A stretch of 63,365 bases of DNA, filler included, from Intoshia linei (Eukaryota; Animalia; Orthonectida): the NCBI GenBank assembly GCA_001642005.1. It is 7 parts of 7 records of this genome, joined end to end, with 100 filler letters (N's around TTAATTAATTAA, not from the genome) between each part and the next. Parts side by side here need not be neighbours in the genome. Positions count along the whole stretch, not along the records: positions 1 to 21,393 come from LWCA01000645.1; positions 21,494 to 35,767 come from LWCA01000977.1; 5 more parts are not named here. The stretch is one strand, 5' to 3'. The stretch's first letter is position 1. The number at the start of each line of letters is the position of its first letter. This document shows positions 13,392 through 25,037 of this stretch, one piece after another. Both the position numbers and the translations under genes were made by a program. The notes under the pieces are model-generated. The model did not search any database, was not told the DNA's origin, and saw nothing but the letters and a program-made list of their open reading frames with translations.

Positions 13392-16300
13392 TTATTTATC
13401 CGGTGGATAAAATGGAGATTTGAAATCTGGAGATTTTCTATTATCTTTTGGAAATCTGAAATGACAATTTTGAAAGTTAGTAGAGATATTTTGGGAAGAA
13501 TAGCCATATTGATAATTACTTGAATTTTGATATCTGTTGAATTGGGTATTTTGATGAATGTGAGGTGCATAATAATTCTCTGAGTTGTAATGTTGAGAAG
13601 GTTGATTGTAAAATTGATTTGGATAATCTTTATTTACGTTAGCGGACCTAGATAAACTGGTATATGCATTTCGATTGTAATTCTGAAATTCAGTTTGTGG
13701 GTTTGATTGCTGAGCCAGGTAGGCATTTTGTAATTGATTCAATTTAAGCAAGTAATTTTGTTGTGAAATAAAATTCATTTGGTCTTGTTTGATTTTTTTA
13801 GCGTACATTATAGACATGTACTCTTGATTTTGCATGTTTTGATTTGGATATACCGGTGCATTTCCTTCAAAATTTGAATGCATAGGGTACCGGTACTGAT
13901 TAAATCCATTTAGATTGTGTGAATTTTGTTGTATTCTAAATATTAAATTTAATATTGTACATCCTTTACTTATATAAAAATTAACATTTGTGTTACTGTG
14001 TCTCAGAATTTAAAAAAATAAAAAAAAAAGTGAAAACAATTTCTAAGTCAGTTTTTCGAGAGCGTTGTTTTATCGCTAAATTTGATTTTCAGAATAGACT
14101 CCTTCAAATTAAAAAACCCAAATTACCTTTTTTTAAATGCGTTCTAGAATTTTAAAAAACATATTCTAGACAATTTTTAACACCATTAACAGAATCGTAA
14201 ATAAAAAAATTCGAATGACAGACACACAATCTATTAGGTTATGTCGCTTTTATTTTCACTGTTTTTTAATCACTATATGATCAAAAAAATTTAAAATAAT
14301 TTGAAATTAACAGTGCTTTTGGATAAAATATTTAATGATGCATCAGATAAAAGTGTAAATTATTAATATACACAAATATTTATTATGAATTTAGACAAAA
14401 AACTTCTGTGATTTTGAAGAACATATTCGCCATATTCTACTATATGAGTATAATAATTCTCATTCTGCTGTTAAAACAACTCAAAAGATATGTAGTGTGT
14501 ATGGCCAAGATGTCATACAACAAAGAAAAACATAAAAGTTCACCAAGTTCATTAAAAAAAATTATAGCTTAAGGGATGTCCAACGTTCCGGTAGACCTCT
14601 CGTGGGTGATATTGACTCAATAAAAGAAGCATTGAACATCTCTCCTATTAAAACATGTAGATCGCTTACTAATGTTGCTATTTGTTCAAAATCAAGTGTG
14701 TTTAATATGTTATTAAGGATGAAAAAGGTCCATAGGTCTGGTATATGGGTTCCTCACTTATTGTCAAATCAGCAAAGATTAAATAGAGTTAATATATGTT
14801 CCTCTTTATTATTTCGACTGAAGAGTGAATCATTTCGATGTAGTTCTATGTAATTCTATCTATTTCGACATAGATTTTTGTAGTATCCAAGATACAATCG
14901 TTGTTATAGATATAGTTTAGTTATCGTCATTGTTAAAATAAATAATTAATTGAAAGTTAAATGTCGAACATTACATTGGTGTCAGAAGTCTTTTTCGGAC
15001 AGCCTCAACCATTGTTGTTACCAACAGGCAATTTATCTATGGATGTGGATACTTGGCTGGAGGCGTTTGACAATTTCATCAAAATCCATTGGGATGATGT
15101 CAAGTAAGATGAGAAAAATGGCCTTATGTAGACATTACGTTGGAAAAGAAGGTGCAATACAATTAAAAACTAAAAAAAATTTGCAGACATGGTTACGGAA
15201 ATTAAGACTTGGAAAATTTACAAAATATTATTAAAAAGACAAGAGTTTCTGGAGGCTCAGAGATTCTTTTTAATAGTACTAGCGACATACTTAGTGTTTC
15301 CGAAACCTGAACTTGGAAAAAAGAGACTAGTGGTGAAATCTGAGATGCAGTTGTACATGGAGATGGCATACCTTTCGGAGGTATTTAAATGTTGCACACA
15401 ATCAACAGCCTCTCCAATATTTATGAACATCAAAGATTGAAAATGTACTCATGATCAATTTAGAAGAAAAGACAAAAAAAGATGGTTTAGTATTTTTTAT
15501 GCTTGACCAGTCTGCGTTTGATAAAAATCAAAGTGGACGTATGGTGTTGTCATTATTAGGAAATCTTAAGTCGTTTCTACCAAAGGTATTCGGAGGCTCA
15601 TATGATTTTCAGAAATATAATTGAATCTATAAAAAATGGGACAATAGATTACGAAAATGTTAATTTAGGTGCATATCGTGGAGGGGTTGCGTCCGGTTGG
15701 AGATGGACCGCCATGATTGAAACTTTACTAAATATGATTGTTGCTCGTTTAGCATTAAGAAAAGTTGAATTATTACATCTTAAGATAACTGACAATTATA
15801 TGGGCGATGATGCTCTTATAGTCCTCCAAGAACAACCGACAGTGACTTCGAAGCTTGTCAGGATCCTACACTTTTACAAAAGTTATGGATTAAAAACCCA
15901 TCCTACAAAGCAACAGGTATCAACTGTGCGTATAGAATATTTTGGGGATCTTCATTTTTCGGAAACAATGCAAGGATATGTTAGTAGAAAGGTCGATTCA
16001 GTAATTCAAAGATATTATGTAGGGATGAGTTCGTGGCTAGATCCGCGAAGTATAAATGCGCGAATAATTATGTGGATGTTTATAGTTGCTTCTTCAAAAA
16101 TAGTAGGATTAAATAGAGATAGAGTTTAGAGGATAGAGAGGAATATTAAAAGCTTTACCTGGAAAAAAATTGCTAGAACTCGCTGGAAATATAATGGTGT
16201 GCAGGCTATTTTTAAACTTAAAAATGAAAATTGCATTTTCTCAAGTTGTGAAAATCATAATTTGAATTTATTGAATTTAATTTCACCTAAAAAAGTTTTC

Positions 16301-19300
16301 GAAAAGATTTTATCATTAAATTTAGAAAACATATTTCCAAATATTGTTATATCGTTGCGCATTTTTGACATTATTGGTATTTGTAGCTTGTCGTTGTACA
16401 AAGAGATTGGTCGTCAGGAGGGCATCTAATAGCACGTCCAGTGTTCGTAAATTAACGTCCGATTTGAATCTTGGCATTTATCCAAGCTCAGTTTACAATA
16501 TTATTTCGTCTAGTCGATTCATCGAAGTTCAAAAATGAAATGCAAACCGCCCCTGACACCTGACCACAAAAAATCCAGCTTAGAATTCGCCAGAGAGAAC
16601 ATGAGCATGAATTGGAAACAAGTTTGCTTCTCGGATGAGAAAAGATGGGCCAGATGGTTATACGCATTATTAACATGACGTAAGACAAGAATTACTTTCT
16701 AAGAGGTCCAGACAAGCCAGTGGAGGAAATGTCATGGTATGGAGAGCATTCTATTCATCAGGTAAAACTAAGATTTGCTTCTTAAGCGGTAATGTGGATT
16801 CTTTAGCTTATCAGAATACTCTGATTACATACCTATTGCCTCATAGAAGAAAATTCAAAAATTTTCAACCAGACAATGCATTTGTACACACGTCAAGGTC
16901 AATCAAAGAGTATTTTAGCCATAAAAGATTTAAACTCTTGAACTGGCCATCAAAGTCTCCCGATCTGAACTCGATCGGAAATGTTTGGGGAATACTGACA
17001 CATAGTATATACGAAGGCAATATAACATATGATAGTATTCAGGACCTGAAAGATGCAATTAAAATAGCCTGGCAGTAGCTGCCACGTTCTGTCATCTTGA
17101 GTTTGTACGATTCAATGAAGAATAGGATATTTGAGGTTATTTTGAATAAAGGCAGTTCTACAAAGTATTAGTAATATTATTTTCTTCTAATATATTAAAT
17201 ATTAAAATTAATTTTATACATTTTTGACTATATTATTTAAACATGCCATCTATTATGCATTACTTATTAAACAGTTGATTTTTTGTTTTTACAGACTCTA
17301 CGTAATTTTTAATAGATATACTTTGTATATTCTGTTCTTCTTAGACTCATTTTGTGCACCTTTCTTTACTGCTCCTAGCCTATGGTTTTATTTTTCGAAA
17401 AACTTAGAACAATATATTTTTATAACACTTATTCTAAATATGAATTACATAATAAACAGAGTGTATTAATGTTTAGAATTTGCTGTCCTATTTTACTAAA
17501 TTGTTGTACATTAAAATATTATAGGGCCTACTGCTGGCTCTCCACGGCCCTAACCATTAAATGAACAATTGATCATGTGACTTGAGGCCTTCTGTTACAT
17601 GCACATCTACATCAATAAACTTGGCAATTCCTTTTTTCGGTTCTATTTTAGCTGAATTCAGCTTACGATTTTTCAGTGGTCAACAGATTTTTTTGAAAGG
17701 ATTTTCCCTACCTCCCACTTGTATTGAAAATATTTCAAAACGAATCATTTGAAGATTTGAAAGAATTCACATAAAAATATGAATTATTTTTACTATGCAT
17801 ATCATAAGATGAAGATATCAAAGCAGAATATACTACATGGACAAAAAAAAAACTTGATTTAAATAATCCAAAGCTGCAATTCTAATTAGTTTCCAAATAT
17901 TCATCAACTTTTAATTATTTTGGCAACATTGCCAATCACCACATGTGCATGTAAACGCTCCGTTAGCATTTTGAGAAGATTGAAAACCTTTTTAAGATCA
18001 ACAATGACTGCTAATCGTCTATGAGAAAAAATTTTTAATATGAACTGTAAATATAATTTTGTGTAAATAAACATAAATTTTTATTAATTTTCTATCACGT
18101 GACTTATAAAATTCAGAAAAGTAACCATTCAATATGAATTTGAAGAGAAAAAGACAAGATTTGTCGATAAATGATAAAATAAAATTGATTAAACTGTTTG
18201 AGGAAGATTCAAATCGGTCTCAAAAATATTTAGCCACCAAACACTCCATTTCAGTAGGTTTGGTAAGTAAGTTGTAAAAAATCACGAAGAAATCCTTAAT
18301 TGTAATAATTTAAATTTTAATCAGAAGAGATAACCTTGCCTAAGGAAATCTGTGAAAATTGAATCAGCGTTGTATCAGTAGTTTTAACGTCAACGGACAT
18401 TAAATATAAGTATAAGTGGCAATATATTGAAAGAAAAGGCGCTAGAAATTGAACGATTTTAAAGCATCTACTGGTTGGTTAAATTCTTTTTTAACCAGAA
18501 ATTCCATTAAATCAAAAAAAATTGTAAGAGAATCTAAATTAGTAAGCGAGTCTAAAATATAAGAATGGAAATAATTATTTTCTGAAGCTGTAGAAAAATA
18601 TAGGAATGATGAAACCGGATTATTTTTTAAATAAACTGCTTCCAGAACTTACATCTGCTCTACAAAAGTAATAGTAATCTGTTCGCAAAAAATATGAGAA
18701 TTTATCAAAGTTTATATTATTTTGATTTCTTGACAAATTTTCACAAGCCCCACTCAAATTTTATGTATGAAACTAATGTCGACTAAATATCCGGATATAA
18801 TACCGATACTAAATGTATATGGGAACATATGTTGAATCTATTCGTAGGCGATATATTGGAAAAGATCGATATCGTAAATATTACTTTTTAAAAACTTGAA
18901 AGTTACATTGAGAGTGGAACTTTGCCACGGTATGTCATAACTAGATGGAATTCAATTTATGATGTAATAAAGAAAGCAATACAAATGAAAATAGGTTCAG
19001 AATCACTTTCGTTAAATTTACAAAAAGTTAATATAATTTTAAAAAACATCAATAAATATTGATATAATTCAAAAAGATGACTCAAATATAATTCATTTGA
19101 TTAAATTATATAAAACTATTAGACTCTTGGTTAAAAGATTTACCTGGAGTGGTAGATACTGATACAATTGATAAACTAAAATAAATTTGGAATTATAGAT
19201 AGAATATAGTCACTACAAGTAATTTAGGAAAAATTTTATCTCATTTATCATTTTTCTTCCCAATTTATCAGGATATGTTCACATCCAATAAAAGTACTGA

Positions 19301-21211
19301 ATATTGTTTCAAGGGTTGGGCCCATAAAATATTACCTGAAAGTAAAATTACAATGTTCGAGGAAGAGTTTAATGAAATTAACAGTAAGCAAAGCAGCTGT
19401 AGAAAGATGCTTTTCACAACACAGAAATATTCACTCAAATGTTAGAAACAGCCTATTTGAATCAACACTGGATGATTCTTTATATATAAGATATAATTTG
19501 AAGAATATATTATAAATTATAATGTTAATATTTAATTTATTTTTGTCTGCCAAAAAATAAATAAATAATATTTTTGTTTTGTTACGAAGTGATGACACAT
19601 TTTGAAAAATAGAATTAATTTACAAAATTAATAAAAAATTACTTATACTAATGTTTGAAGGTAAACCCAATGGGTATTATTCCTAAATTTTCATTTGATT
19701 AACGACACATTATTTACTAACAAAAAGTTTAAGTATGCTGGAAAAACAGCCTTGCTGTACCGGTACAGCTGTTGCTGTTACCAGCCAACCTCGCTAATAC
19801 CAGCAATTTTACACAGCCCTGTTTATTTCTTATGTATAATGTCTTAATTAATATCGTTATTTATGAATAAAAATTTGTTTCAAATCAACTTTACTTTTTT
19901 TGAAATTAACCTTTAAATAATTATTCTACAATATAGCCCCAAAAATTGAAAGTGAAATAATAGAATTGATCAAACCTTCTACAATTACAATTTTGAAATG
20001 TATTTTTTATGATTAACTATATAATGCAATTATTGTATTCTTAAGTAGTCATTTCAAGAGGTCCCACTGTACCATAGATATTTACAATTTATTTTAAGAT
20101 TATGATTTATGAATATTTTCAGGGTGTAACAATTATTGTATTATTTTTAAGATTATAAAATCATTGTCTATAATCAATTAAAAAGTCGAGTTAGCATTTA
20201 GCTCCTATTTGTGTGAAGTACACAACAGTCAAGTAGTCACAAATATACATCAAAAATATATCAATAAATTTAAATACCTATACAAATCAAATTGGTTCAC
20301 TGGTTTTTCACATTTGATGAATTTATTAGAATTTGGTTCATTATAAAAATAAGATTTATCATTCATTGCACTGGAACAAGTACCATAATCAATATTCCCA
20401 TTAGTAGTTTGTTGTTTTGGCGGTATTACTCTTTCTGAAATTACAGAATCCGTTCGAATAGTAGTATTCGGCATTATATGATTTCTAGCATGAGGATATG
20501 ATTTATAATCAGTAGCTGCTGAAGAAAAATGACAATTTGAAATATTTTTTTCTGGACAAGTTGCACATTCTGTTGATAAATTCTGAAAAATATCAACAGC
20601 CGCATTAACAATCCGATTAGTATCTTCTGTTATCGGATATGTTACTCTATTATTTTCACTGTATTTTTCGCAAATATTTTCACACTTTGATGCTTCAATT
20701 TGTTCAAATTCAGAAAGTTCATTAATTGTAGAATTATTGATATTTGATTCATTCATGTTTGAAAATGTTTCTTTGTCCAAACATTCAATATCCTTTACGC
20801 TCTCAATTTTACCAGGTATAAGATCGAAGGAATCGTCAATTTTAGAATTTGCAAATGCTTTTTCTGTATTATGCGCCTTATTTGAATTTACAGAATCATC
20901 AATTATATCAAACTCAGATGTAAATGAAGACTCATCTAACACTGGCATGTTTTCATTATCTTCTCTTTTTTCAATTTTGAGGTCAAAAGTTGAATCAGTT
21001 ACATCCAACATTTTATTCGTCTCATCTTTTATGATATCAATATCTGCCGTTTCCAACTTTTCACTTGGTATATCAATAATTTTTGATTTAATAGATTCAG
21101 TATTTACATCTTTATCTTGGTTTAAAATTTTCATGGATTCGATTGTAGATTCCAACTCTTTTGTGGTGTTATTTTCTTCAGGTCCATTAGATTTGTTTTC
21201 ATCCAACTCAT
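13392..21211 (-). CDS. Orphan low-complexity protein: acidic exon 21211-20278 plus N/Q/Y-rich exon 13935-13392; 5' end unresolved near the gap
   Basis: Open frames 20250-21206 and 13392-13883. Splicing from GT at 20277 to AG at 13936 joins them in frame (..LYR|IQQNSHNLNGFNQYRYPMHSNF..), at the same position as the 88-nt intron in the paralog. Confidence 0.75.
14234..14838 (+). mobile_element. mariner transposon 5' fragment (degenerate)
   Basis: TA followed by a TTAGGT..TATGTCG TIR remnant. Encodes HIRHILLYEY, SVYG, RSGRP and SGIWVPHLLS (WVPHEL motif). Truncated before the catalytic D; same family as 58132-59043. Confidence 0.85.
14850..16195 (+). pseudogene. Endogenous viral element: RNA-dependent RNA polymerase of a totivirus-like dsRNA virus (Giardiavirus/Artivirus-like), frameshifted
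   Basis: RdRp motifs in order over three frames: F KPELGKKRLVV (~15303), A LDQSAFD (D at 15505), B GVASGWRWTAMIETLLN (S at 15692), C MGDD (GDD 15803-15811), D GLKTHPTKQ, E RIEYF. No introns and higher GC than flanks. Outer boundaries approximate. Confidence 0.88.
16200..16378 (+). mobile_element. hAT transposase C-terminal (dimerisation domain) fragment
   Basis: SPKKVFEKILSLNLENIFPNIVISLRIF/LTL pattern typical of the hAT dimerisation domain; no TIRs. Confidence 0.6.
16380..17507 (+). mobile_element. Tc1-family transposon, 5'-truncated and degenerate
   Basis: WKQVCFSDEKR, GGNVMVWRAF, FQPDNAFVH and WPSKSPDLNSIGNVW motifs. Stop at ~17171; possible right-end sequence to ~17507. Confidence 0.9.
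17600..18020 (+). mobile_element. Second hAT transposase C-terminal fragment
   Basis: 17890-18020 translates FPNIHQLLIILATLPITTCACKRSVSILRRLKTFLRSTMTANRL (hAT dimerisation consensus). Confidence 0.8.
18133..18665 (+). mobile_element. pogo/Tigger (CENP-B-like) transposase 5' fragment
   Basis: MNLKRKRQDLSINDKIKLIK (HTH), ISGNILKEKA, FKASTGWLNSF, NDETGLFF; contains stops and frameshifts. Confidence 0.85.
18700..19821 (+). mobile_element. Third hAT element, 3' half with right terminus
   Basis: CIWEHMLNL (CxxH-like), TRWNSIYDV, AAVERCFSQHRNIHSNVRNSL; ends in ...CACAGCCCTG (hAT-type CAGGG terminus). Confidence 0.8.
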
Positions 21212-21493
21212 CTAAATATAAATTTAAAAATATTTATTATTCAGGGTCTACTTAATTACATCTAAATAAAAGAATATAAAAGGATTAAAAAAATAAAAAT
21301 AACTCAATCATACAATAATACATCAGAATTATTGATTTTATTCTAATATACAAAGTAAAACATCTCATATTATCAAAGAAAATGTAATATAAANNNNNNN
21401 NNNNNNNNNNNNNNNNNNNNNNNNNNNNNNNNNNNNNTTAATTAATTAANNNNNNNNNNNNNNNNNNNNNNNNNNNNNNNNNNNNNNNNNNNN

Positions 21494-22070
21494 ATAATAT
21501 TTAAATTATATTAGATATATGTACTAATATTGAATATTTTCAGGTATTTTTCTCGGATGAGTCAATGCCTACTACAATGGATAATCGATATAAAAAAGTC
21601 CGTAGAAGATTATCAGATGCTTTTAGACCAGAGTTCATGGCACGAACGGTGAAATTTCCAACCAAAATTATGGTTTGGGGAGCAATTAGTGTATCTAAGC
21701 CGGCCCTATATTTGTTATAGAAGGTATAATGAACCAACATAAATATATTGACACATTAAAAAACTTTTTAAATGATCGTCCAGGTTTATTCAATACAAAT
21801 ATGCATGTTTTGCAACAGGATTTGGCTCCCTGTCATACTGCATAGTCTGTTTAATCTTTTTTTGATTCCAACCAATGAAAAGTATTACCCTGGCCCAGTA
21901 ATTCTGCAGATATAAATTCCATTAAATATTTTTGAAAGGTATTGAAGGATGAAGTACATCAAGTTCATATTTTGTATAAACAAAAATTAATTGACCGGAC
22001 AATATGGGTTTGGAATAATTCGGACAAAATTCAATTATTATGCAAAAACTTAATAATTGTATATCAGCAG
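21494..22070 (+). mobile_element. Degenerate Tc1-family transposase fragment
   Basis: FFSDES, TVKFPTKIMVWGAIS, LQQDLAPCHTA and LPWPSNSADINS motifs, with stops. Confidence 0.8.
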
Positions 22071-22350
22071 TCGCCAACTTAAGATTCTAAATTTCACAAC
22101 CAGACATTTTAAATCATTTCCCAGGCATATTATTAAAACTATATAAGTTTATATTTTAAAAATGATTTAATTTTTCATCTTAAAACCAATCATGTTTAGA
22201 AAAAACAATCCAAATACAAATTACATGTAAAACAATTTCAGAAAATCTATTTAAGAGTAAACTTAAATAATCTATGTGAACCCAAATCTGAATTTTCAAT
22301 AGAACGGTAAGTTGTGAGTCACAACTTGTGACTAATAATTTATTATTTAC

Positions 22351-24626
22351 TTTGCCAGAAGTTCTTATTCCTTTGCAGATGCATCCAAATACAATAAGCC
22401 AAGCCAATGTTAAACACAGCAACAGGTCCCACCTGATAATTCCCATATTATTTATACTGTTAGATAAATGCAATACGTTTTTTCTAAAAATTAAAAAAAT
22501 GGGTAAATTTTAAATAGACTATACGTCCAATATTCTTCTGATGGGCTCACAGTTCCATTTCTACAAGCAATAGTAGACTCTAGAAAATCACACTTTGACC
22601 ATGGAAGTTGGCTTGCAAATGATGAGAATAAATATCTAAATACCCATGCAAGTATCACGTTGTAATATATCCCAACAATAAATCCAACTGTCAATCCGGC
22701 CAAGCCAATCCCTAGAATATCCTTGTTATACATACATTACGATAAATTATAAAAAATTATTCTTATTTATTTAAATTTATTTAACATAAATTACATTGCT
22801 TGGAACTTCGTTTACCAATCTCATGTCTGTAACTTATAAACACATTTCAGGTGAATTTTACCAATATTCAAAAGGATTGTAATAAATTTAAAAATAATAA
22901 TAAAAAAGTTGTATTACTTTTAGTAATCGTTGTTGTAGTTTCAATTTAAATTTTAAACAAAATGTTTTGAAAATGATAATTTGAAATTTAAAAATTGCGT
23001 AGCAATGAAAAAATTCCGAAGGAATGAATTATATAGATTTCACCCATATTTCTTTATTAGAAATTTGTAAACGTTCAATGTACATTTTTTTTGAAATTGT
23101 AAGATTATTTTACAATTTTAATTTTTATTTTAATCGAAATATTTCAAAAATATTGATTGATAATATATTAAAAATTATTTTTCATCCGGAATGCGTAGAT
23201 TTCTCGTATTTACCTTTTGTATTTATAGTAACTGTGTGTGTTAACAGGATTCAACTGTACCACCTGTAAATTTTTTAAAATTCTAGGGCTGTTTTTATTG
23301 AAAAAAGAAGGGTAATTTAGGGTTTTGTCCCTGAAGATATAATTTTTTTAAATCCTTCAACTCTTTTGATTTTCAAAAAGAGGGACAATTGGTTATTGAA
23401 ATAAACAGTAACACACACACAAACAAATATTGCATAGCATATTATATAAGTAAGGATTTTTATCATATTATATTTGTAATTTTGTCTAGTCATATCGTTT
23501 TTGTGACCACGAGAAATTTTATAGTAAATTATTGTTCGCGGTGAAGAAATTATGCATCAAATATATAATAAACACCTAAATTTATGAATATATTACATAA
23601 TATGTAATATTATATATATTTAAGAAATTTACGCGAAATGTTTACCAATGAGAAGCATTGCGATAGACTTTATCAATTTTACAAAAAATTTTTCGATTGA
23701 AAAGAGTGAAAAGATTGGGGAAAGCTTGTCTAGAACACTTATTGAGGCTTTTTCAAGTTTTTATTGGATATATTTAGTTTTATATAACACTCTTTATTAT
23801 CTTATCATTTCAAAAAAGGTAATTTGGGATTTGATAATCGAAAGTGTCAATTTCTGAGAATCTAATTGACGATAAAACATTATTCTTAAAAATCTGTATT
23901 AGAAATTGAGTTTTTTGAAATTCATGGACTCTTACATTTTTAACTAAACTGTAACACATATGGACATTAATTTTTATACAAATATATACAATGTAAGTAA
24001 AGAATTATAATAATTATTAAATTTAACATGACAGTGATAAAACCTTTTAATATTGGGAAAATATTCCACATACCAAATGCACCTTCCTTTAACAATTGAC
24101 CCATTGATACTTCCAAAAAAAATAATGGTACTCCAGCAGTAATTACACATAAAAAGTATGGTATTAGAAATGCACCTACATAAGTATAATATATGATATA
24201 TTTTAGATATGAAATAAAGATGATAAACAACATAAAAAAAGTAAAAATTACCTCCTCCATGCTTATGACACAAATAAGGAAACCTATAAAAATTCAAATG
24301 AAAAATGAGAAAAGAACCAGCAAACCTAGATACGTGTATTACAAATATAAGTAATTGAATGGTTAATAAAATAAATTATCAATTTCAAAAATCTAATGGG
24401 TCTGCATCTTATTACACCATAGAAACGTAACTAAAAATACCTTGTCTAGATTCATGATAAATTGTTAAATTAATCTTAAAATAAAAATATTAATTCAATA
24501 ATAAAATGACCTCCAAACATTACCAAATCCCACCGAAAATCCGACACAAGCAAATAAAAAATCAAACCGACTATTCCATTTATCTCGTACATTGAACGTT
24601 TTCTTATTCACGGTATTAGTATACAT
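22351..24626 (-). CDS. SLC6 sodium:neurotransmitter symporter, paralog A (only about TM1-TM5 visible)
   Basis: [56 protein letters not shown]; [14 protein letters not shown]; [19 protein letters not shown]. Confidence 0.85.
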
Positions 24627-25037
24627 AAGCGTTATTTTCAGTTTATTTACACATTACTTTCTACTACATTATGCAGATTATTAGAGCGAAAAACATATAC
24701 CCGATATGCATGAAAAATATGAATATTTAGATTATCGAGAGACTGTTTTCATTAAATTATTTAATCAAGGTGTAAGTAAATCAAGGTTGTTATATCTAGT
24801 TAGTAAACAGCCTTTCAGTCAATGTTACGACATCTGAGATTACGTCTGAGAAAATAAAAAGTTTTTGTAGTTATGAAACCAGATGTAATATCTTTATTAA
24901 ACTAAAGAGTTGTTATAAGGGGTTTAAGATAATGTTTTTAAAAAACTTTTACATTTAACATCGTGAAAATTGATATCCATAAAATATTTATTTATAATAT
25001 TAATACAATAAAAATAGTATTAGTATTTAGTTGATGG

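Noticed and set aside
15602-16129. Possibility that the GDD ORF is a functional domesticated polymerase or a reverse transcriptase
   Set aside because: Motifs F and A lie in other frames with intervening stops, so it is not intact. The SG..T..N/GDD pattern is RdRp-type, not YxDD RT-type.
20737-21255. 172-aa plus-strand ORF (and 139-417, 435-653 on the minus strand)
   Set aside because: Antisense shadows of the acidic orphan exon; no independent evidence of coding.
21394-21493. N-run with central TTAATTAATTAA, repeated at ~35768, 55118, 57306, 59044 and 62207
   Set aside because: Artificial scaffold linker with stops in all six frames; not a biological repeat or CRISPR array.
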